64,000 bases of DNA, from positions 441,998,001-442,062,000 of the forward strand of contig OZ024740.1 in NCBI GenBank assembly GCA_964016885.1, read 5' to 3'. Made by a program: the position numbers and the translations under genes. The notes under the pieces are model-generated. The model saw only the letters and a program-made list of their open reading frames with translations, did no database searches and was not told where the DNA came from. Of the stretch, positions 58,069 through 64,000 are shown piece after piece (position 1 is the first letter of the stretch; the number at the start of each line of letters is the position of its first letter). The DNA comes from Eledone cirrhosa (lineage: Eukaryota).

Positions 58069-59774
58069 ATCTATCTATCTGTTTCTTACATGTGACCATC
58101 GTGTGTATTTGAGCTGCTCTCTTCTAGAAATGGTTCCATTGTTACGCCACAGACACGAGGTCACTACAGATGTAAAATGATGGTGTATCTTCAATTAGAT
58201 CTACTGCAGCGCGTGTTTAGGTGATTGGTACTTTATTTTATCAACCTTGGAAGGATGAAAGGCAAAATTGATTCCCGCAACATTTGATCTCAGATGCGAC
58301 ATGAACCAATGTGCGGTGCTCTACATATTCTGCCAATATACCACACCCATTATCTTAACTCATACTGTTGGAATTCTTATAATTTTATCTTTAATGCTGA
58401 TTTTTTTTAGTTAATCAATTAATTTTAATTGCGAGTAGAATGCAAATCAATACCGATCCGAATCGATCTTTATAGGCAATAATTAAGCTTAGTTCTGCAA
58501 TTGATGCCAAGAAAATAACATAATCTATATTTTTGCTTTTCATTACAAAGAATGTTTGCATTAAACATGAAATATAAAACTTAATATTTTCCTCATTGTC
58601 TCCAATAATTATCCAGTTGTTATTGCAAGTATTGAGGGATGCTTCTGGAATATTTATAAAAGATTTCATTTTATTTTTAATCCAATTTTAAAACCAATCA
58701 TCAGAATACTAAAGGTTAGAGACTTTATCCTGAAGCCAGCATCAGGTTGTAACCAAAACAGAATCTACTTATGCGGTTCCCAACCTTTACACTATTAAAA
58801 ACCCATTTTATTTTGAATACTTTCTGTTAGGAACTGGAATACACATTTACTCAGTTCACTTTGGAACTATAGGAACAATATAAAAATATAATTCACTTTG
58901 TGAATGGATGTTGGATCATAATGTTGTGGGTTCCATTCATGGCTTGTGTGTTGTGTTCTTGAGCAAAACACTTCATTTCACGTTACTCCAGTATATTCAG
59001 CTGAAAATGAGTACCAGCAATAGTTGTGGGTTTAACCATGCGATGGACTGGCGTCATATCCAGGGGAGGGGGAGTCTTTTACTCTCAGTCGCTTCACGCC
59101 ATGAAACCGGGATAAGCACCGGCTTCATGTACCTCCGGATTTGATAAGGACTTTAGATTTTATCATTTACTTTGGAACTTAGGAGGTATGTGGAATTATA
59201 GTTCTCTAGCGAACTTCATTATTTGAGAGAGTCCTAGGACGGTGGATTGGCAGTACCGGTAGAGGGTCGGACGCCATGCTTTGCAGCATAGAGTTACGGC
59301 CCTTTACGTTCTGAGATCAAATCCCGCCTAGGTTAACTTTGCCTTTCATCCTGACGGGGTCGATAAAATAAAGTACCAGTCTCGCACTGGGGTCGATTTA
59401 ATCGACTTTCCCCTCTCCCAGAATTGCTGACCTTGTGCCTATATATGAAAACAATATTTGAGGGAGTCCTGGGGTAGAAATGGCTACTAACTTTAGGCTT
59501 GGTTATTTAACATGGTGGAGGATATTTCATACAATATTTAGGATCGGCTTTCATCCCTCCGGATGTTGTTAAAGTGTAGGACAAAATGCCTTCCGATATT
59601 TGTTTCAGTTGTTTGCGCTCCAAGTCTACAGAGGTGACCTTTGATTTCACTCTGCCAGGGTCGATATCAAAAACGGTGGATTGGTGAAGTTGTTAGAGCG
59701 TCGGAAAACATCACTTTCAGTAACTGTCTACGCATTTTACATTCGAGAACAAATCCTCAGTGACCTACTTGGGT

Positions 59775-60115
59775 GATAGATTTAATCAGGTACCCAGTTT
59801 AACACCATCATCTGGTCCTTCAGTGATATTTTTAATCGGGTACCCGGTTTAACATCATCTGGTCCTTCTGTGGTAGATTTAATGAGGTACCCAGTTTAAC
59901 ACCATCATCTGGTCCTTCAGTGATAGATTTAATCAGGTACCCAGTTTAACACCATCATCTGGTCCTTCAGTGATAGATTTAATCAGGTACCCAGTTTAAC
60001 ATCATCTGGTCCTTCAGTGATAGATTTAATCCGGTACCCAGTTTAACACCATCATCTGGTCCTTCTGTGGTAGATTTAATGTGGTACCCATTTTAACACC
60101 ATCATCTGGTCATTC
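59775..60115. repeat. 47/50-bp minisatellite, about 7 copies
   Basis: gatagatttaatcaggtacccagtttaacaccatcatctggtccttcagt. Confidence 0.92.
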
Positions 60116-60548
60116 GGTACCTTTAATGGAGTCTATTGCAAGCCTTCGAACCAAGTCCCCACAGTGAGGGCACTTTTCTCTTTCAGGGACCTTGAAAATA
60201 ATCATAGACTCTACCCTTGACTAATTATTTAAAAGAGGTGGGGAGTACGATAAAATACGTACCAGTGATATACTGAGGAGTGGTTCAGTTGCTTATATCC
60301 GTCCCCTATTGATATATAGCCTTGTGCCACTTTAAGAAATAATTATGTCAACCCTGATTCTCGAAGATTCTCTTGAGAATTCCTGAAGTATTTATTTATT
60401 TATTTATTTATTGTTTGTTTAACATTTTCTTGAACCAGAAAAAGTTCTACTTTGGGGAAAGAGTAAATGGTAATTCCATTTCTCTGTAAAAGTACATTCC
60501 ATTGTATATAAAGGGAAAAAAACAGGATGATCAACTCCAGCTACTTCC

Positions 60549-60655
60549 CGTCTCCCTAACAGATGTACCCTTCTCCCTAACAGATGTCCCCTGTCTCCCT
60601 AACAGATGTACCCTGTCTCCCTAACAGATTTACCCTGTCTCTCTAACAGATGTAC
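60549..60655. repeat. ~22-bp tandem repeat
   Basis: ctccctaacagatgtaccctgt. Confidence 0.88.
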
Positions 60656-60840
60656 ACTTTAGCTATAAAGCCACAACTTAGAAATGATATTTGGCCGAAA
60701 AGATATTTTCCTTAAGATATTTCCTACGCCAGTATTCTATTGATACTCATATATAACACTTCATATATTGTATGTATGTATGTGTATAACACTTCATATA
60801 TTGTATGTATGTATGTATGTATGTATCAGTAATGACGGTA

Positions 60841-60873
<33 letters not shown>

Positions 60874-61011
60874 CGTGTAAGTAAGTAGAGTAGCGTGTTT
60901 GTGTGTTTGTTGTATGTATGAGTGTTGCTGTGTGCGCGCATATGTATGCGTGTGTGTGTATGTCGTACGTATAAGTGTCAATAAGTGATTTTTTTTTTTT
61001 TTTTTTTTTTT

Positions 61012-61316
61012 GCGCGGGGACATAGAAATAATCGGGCTGGATGCCCGATCGCGCAGTTAAACCACTGGGAGTGAAGAACCCCTAGCCCTTGTCAGGGTAT
61101 TCTTCTAGGAGAAGGCATCTCAGGAAACTGGGTTAACTCCGATATAAAACCTGCGGCTCAGTAGTTACCGATGATGTTGATCTTTTCTTCTTTTCGGGTT
61201 ATAGCTACTGTCGCTCAGAGAGTGGGATTGGCTCAGTGCACAGTCTTTCCTCACTTTAAAAATATTCGTCACGCACAAGCATTGCACGAGTGCATTAATA
61301 ATTATTAATAGTGTAC

Positions 61317-61358
<42 letters not shown>

Positions 61359-61360
61359 TA

Positions 61361-61391
<31 letters not shown>

Positions 61392-64000
61392 CTCCCAATT
61401 CAATGATGTTCCAGAACAATGTAAACGAGATAATTGCCAATTTGGGTTCTGGAACAAAAAAGATCATTGGCAATAAGGGCAGGGGCCCCAAGTTATCACA
61501 ACCTGGGCCCGCCCGTCATCGTGCCATTGTAATAGAGCCAAACAGGGCATTTAGTCTTGGCTGCTGGAACGTACGGACGCTGCTTGACAGGGATTCTTTG
61601 GAGCGTCCTGAACGAAGGACCGCTCTTGTTGCAAAGGAGCTTCGACGTTACGATCTTGACATCGTGGCTTTATCTGAGACGAGGTTAGCTGGAGATGGTC
61701 ATCTTACGGAATTTTGTGGAGAATATACATTTTTCTGGAAAGGAAGAGATGAAGGAACCAGAAGAGAAGCTGGGGTAGGATTTGCTGTTAAGACTGTACT
61801 GGTGAATAAATTAGAAGAATTCCCAGTAGGAATTAGTGAGCGTCTTATGTCCATGAGAGTTCCGCTGGACAAGGGAAGATATGCTACCCTGGTGAGTGTG
61901 TATGCTCCAACTATGAATTCTGTCGATGAGGAAAAACTGTCCTTTTACCATGCCTTGAAAGGTGTTCTAAGAAATATCCCTCAGGCAGACAAAGTCATCG
62001 TGCTTGGTGACTTTAATGCTAGAGTGGGTAGGGATTTTAACACATGGAATGTAATCGGAAGGCATGGGGTGGGAAAGTGTAACAGCAATGGTATGCTCTT
62101 GCTGCAGATGTGTGAGGAGCTGGATCTGTGTGTTACCAACACCATGTTCCAACAAAAGAACAAATTCAAGACCACATGGATGCATCCTGCATCTAAGGAA
62201 TGGCATCTTTTGGACTACGTCCTAGTCAGGATGCGTGACAGACAGGATGTGCAGTGTGTTCGTGTTCTTCGTGGAGCTGAGTGCTGGACGGACCACCGCC
62301 TGGTACGCGCAAAAGTGGATCTAATCACCAAACGTAAAATCCGGGCTTCTGGTGTTACCCTGCCCAAAAGATTGAATGCTGCTCGTCTTAAGGATAAAAA
62401 TGTGAAGAGGACATTGGAAGAAGAGATGCAGGCTGCAGATCTTGGTGAGGATTGGCCGACCCTTAAAAAGTCGGTTTATGATGTAGGCAGACGTGTTCTG
62501 GGATTGGTGCAGAGAAAACATCAGGACTGGTTTAATGAGAATGATGTACATATAGAAGACTTGTTGGCTGATAAGAGGCGTGCTCTGTCACGCTACTTGA
62601 CGGCAAAACCACAGGAGAGGAATACGTTGCATGAGGAGCTCAGGGATGTAAAATCACGTGTTAGGCGGAGTCTTTCTCAGATGAAGGATCAGTGGTGGAG
62701 TGAGAAGGCTGATGAGATACAAACTGCGTCTGATTGCAATAACACAAAGCTGTTGTACAGTCTCTTGCGTGGGGTTTATGGACCGTCTTCTTCTCTGGTG
62801 ACACCGCTTCGCAGCAAGGATGGCAAAGAACTTCTTCGTGACTCACAGGGAATTCTACGAAGGTGGCGAGAGCACTTTGATGATCTTTTGAATCAGCCGT
62901 CTGTCGTCAGTGAAGATTTCCTCAATCTCATTCCGGAAAGTCCTGTGAAAGTAGCTCTCGCAGAACCTCCGACGCTTGTGGAGGTTGCAGTGGCTATTTC
63001 GAAGCTGAACAGTGGAAGATCTCCAGGTATGGATGGCATACATGCTGAGCTCCTACAATATGGTGGTGAGAGACTCCTGCAACATCTTCACTCTCTGTTT
63101 GGAAGGATATGGGCTAATGAATCCGTGCCTGAGGACTGGAGAGATGCAGTAATGGTGGTCTTGTACAAGGGAAAGGGTAACAGGAATGATTGTGGGAACT
63201 ACAGAGGTATATCATTGCTTTCTGTCGTAGGGAAAGTTCTATGTAGGGTGCTTCTGGACCGTCTGCTGACACACATTGCAGATTGTGTCCTTCCTGAAAG
63301 TCAATCTGGTTTTCGTGCTGGACGCGGCACTACTGATATGATCTTCTCAGCTAGACAGCTCCAGGAGAAGTGCATTGAACAGGGCTTGGATCTGTATCAG
63401 GTTTTTGTCGATCTGACAAAGGCTTTCGATACTGTCAACAGGGATGCATTATGGAAGGTTCTCCAGAAACTTGGTTGCCCTGATAAGTTCCTTGCTTTAG
63501 TTAGGTCTTTCCATGACGACATGAAGGCTTGGGTTAATGTCGGAGGTAACATGTCGGAGCCTATCTCAGTAAAAAATGGAGTGAAACAGGGGGATATTCC
63601 AGCACCGACCCTGTTTGCCATATACTTTGCAATGGTTTTCTGTATTGCATTCAGGAATTGCGAGCATGGTGTTTACATCCGATATCGAACCTCAGGCAGC
63701 ATATTTAACATCAGGCGCTTTGCTGCGAAGACAAAAGTATTTACATCAGTCATAAGAGACTTCTTGTATGCAGATGATTGCGATCTTGTAGCGCACACAG
63801 AGAGTGATATGCAGCACATTTTGAATGTATTTTCTGACGCTTGCACTGCCCTGGGTTTGACTGTCAGTCTCAAGAAAACCGTCGTCATGTACCAACCTGC
63901 CCCTAGTAAGCAGCACACTGAACCAAACATCTATGTGTATGGCAAACGACTTGGAGTGGTTGATCAGTTTGTCTACCTGGGAAGCACTGTCAATCGATAC
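61012..64000 (+). mobile_element. Apparently 5'-complete, young RTE LINE
   Basis: GC-rich structured leader after a T-run, containing a ctaggagaagg motif resembling RTE 5' UTRs, followed by the intact ORF. Confidence 0.9.
61403..64000 (+). CDS. RTE-clade (BovB-like) LINE ORF: APE endonuclease and reverse transcriptase, open to the window end
   Basis: Translated by hand, 866 codons with no stop: CWNVRTL, VALSETR, VYAPT, GDFNARVG, WTDHRLV, NYRGISLL, QSGFR, FVDLTKAFD, GVKQG, YADD, FVYLGS. Confidence 0.96.
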   Translation, partial: MMFQNNVNEIIANLGSGTKKIIGNKGRGPKLSQPGPARHRAIVIEPNRAFSLGCWNVRTLLDRDSLERPERRTALVAKELRRYDLDIVALSETRLAGDGHLTEFCGEYTFFWKGRDEGTRREAGVGFAVKTVLVNKLEEFPVGISERLMSMRVPLDKGRYATLVSVYAPTMNSVDEEKLSFYHALKGVLRNIPQADKVIVLGDFNARVGRDFNTWNVIGRHGVGKCNSNGMLLLQMCEELDLCVTNTMFQQKNKFKTTWMHPASKEWHLLDYVLVRMRDRQDVQCVRVLRGAECWTDHRLVRAKVDLITKRKIRASGVTLPKRLNAARLKDKNVKRTLEEEMQAADLGEDWPTLKKSVYDVGRRVLGLVQRKHQDWFNENDVHIEDLLADKRRALSRYLTAKPQERNTLHEELRDVKSRVRRSLSQMKDQWWSEKADEIQTASDCNNTKLLYSLLRGVYGPSSSLVTPLRSKDGKELLRDSQGILRRWREHFDDLLNQPSVVSEDFLNLIPESPVKVALAEPPTLVEVAVAISKLNSGRSPGMDGIHAELLQYGGERLLQHLHSLFGRIWANESVPEDWRDAVMVVLYKGKGNRNDCGNYRGISLLSVVGKVLCRVLLDRLLTHIADCVLPESQSGFRAGRGTTDMIFSARQLQEKCIEQGLDLYQVFVDLTKAFDTVNRDALWKVLQKLGCPDKFLALVRSFHDDMKAWVNVGGNMSEPISVKNGVKQGDIPAPTLFAIYFAMVFCIAFRNCEHGVYIRYRTSGSIFNIRRFAAKTKVFTSVIRDFLYADDCDLVAHTESDMQHILNVFSDACTALGLTVSLKKTVVMYQPAPSKQHTEPNIYVYGKRLGVVDQFVYLGSTVNRY

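Overview
Repeat-rich, AT-rich eukaryotic genomic DNA. The SINE families and dense (TA)n/(GA)n/(CA)n microsatellites suggest an octopus-like cephalopod (inference). No prokaryotic features or CRISPR. The main gene lies on the minus strand. It is an alpha-2-macroglobulin-family thioester protein (CD109/insect-TEP-like). I reconstructed 19 phase-consistent GT-AG coding exons by hand (44967 down to 1079; 2096 nt, about 698 codons), running from the signal peptide to the FPETWIW motif, and the gene continues past the left edge. Introns and upstream DNA hold a decayed Chapaev-type DNA transposon, two non-autonomous Helitrons, Penelope-like (Neptune-type) retroelements, many tRNA-derived SINEs and about ten minisatellites. 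At the right edge is an uninterrupted RTE-clade LINE ORF (61403 to >64000) that the ORF track missed. The most striking unexplained signal is at least 10 minimal type-I hammerhead ribozyme motifs, including a tandem triplication and two with a ~100-nt stem II. They sit in diverse short elements, many ending at (TA)n arrays, several sharing a YATYGAG motif at a fixed distance from the array, and several forming fold-back hairpins.
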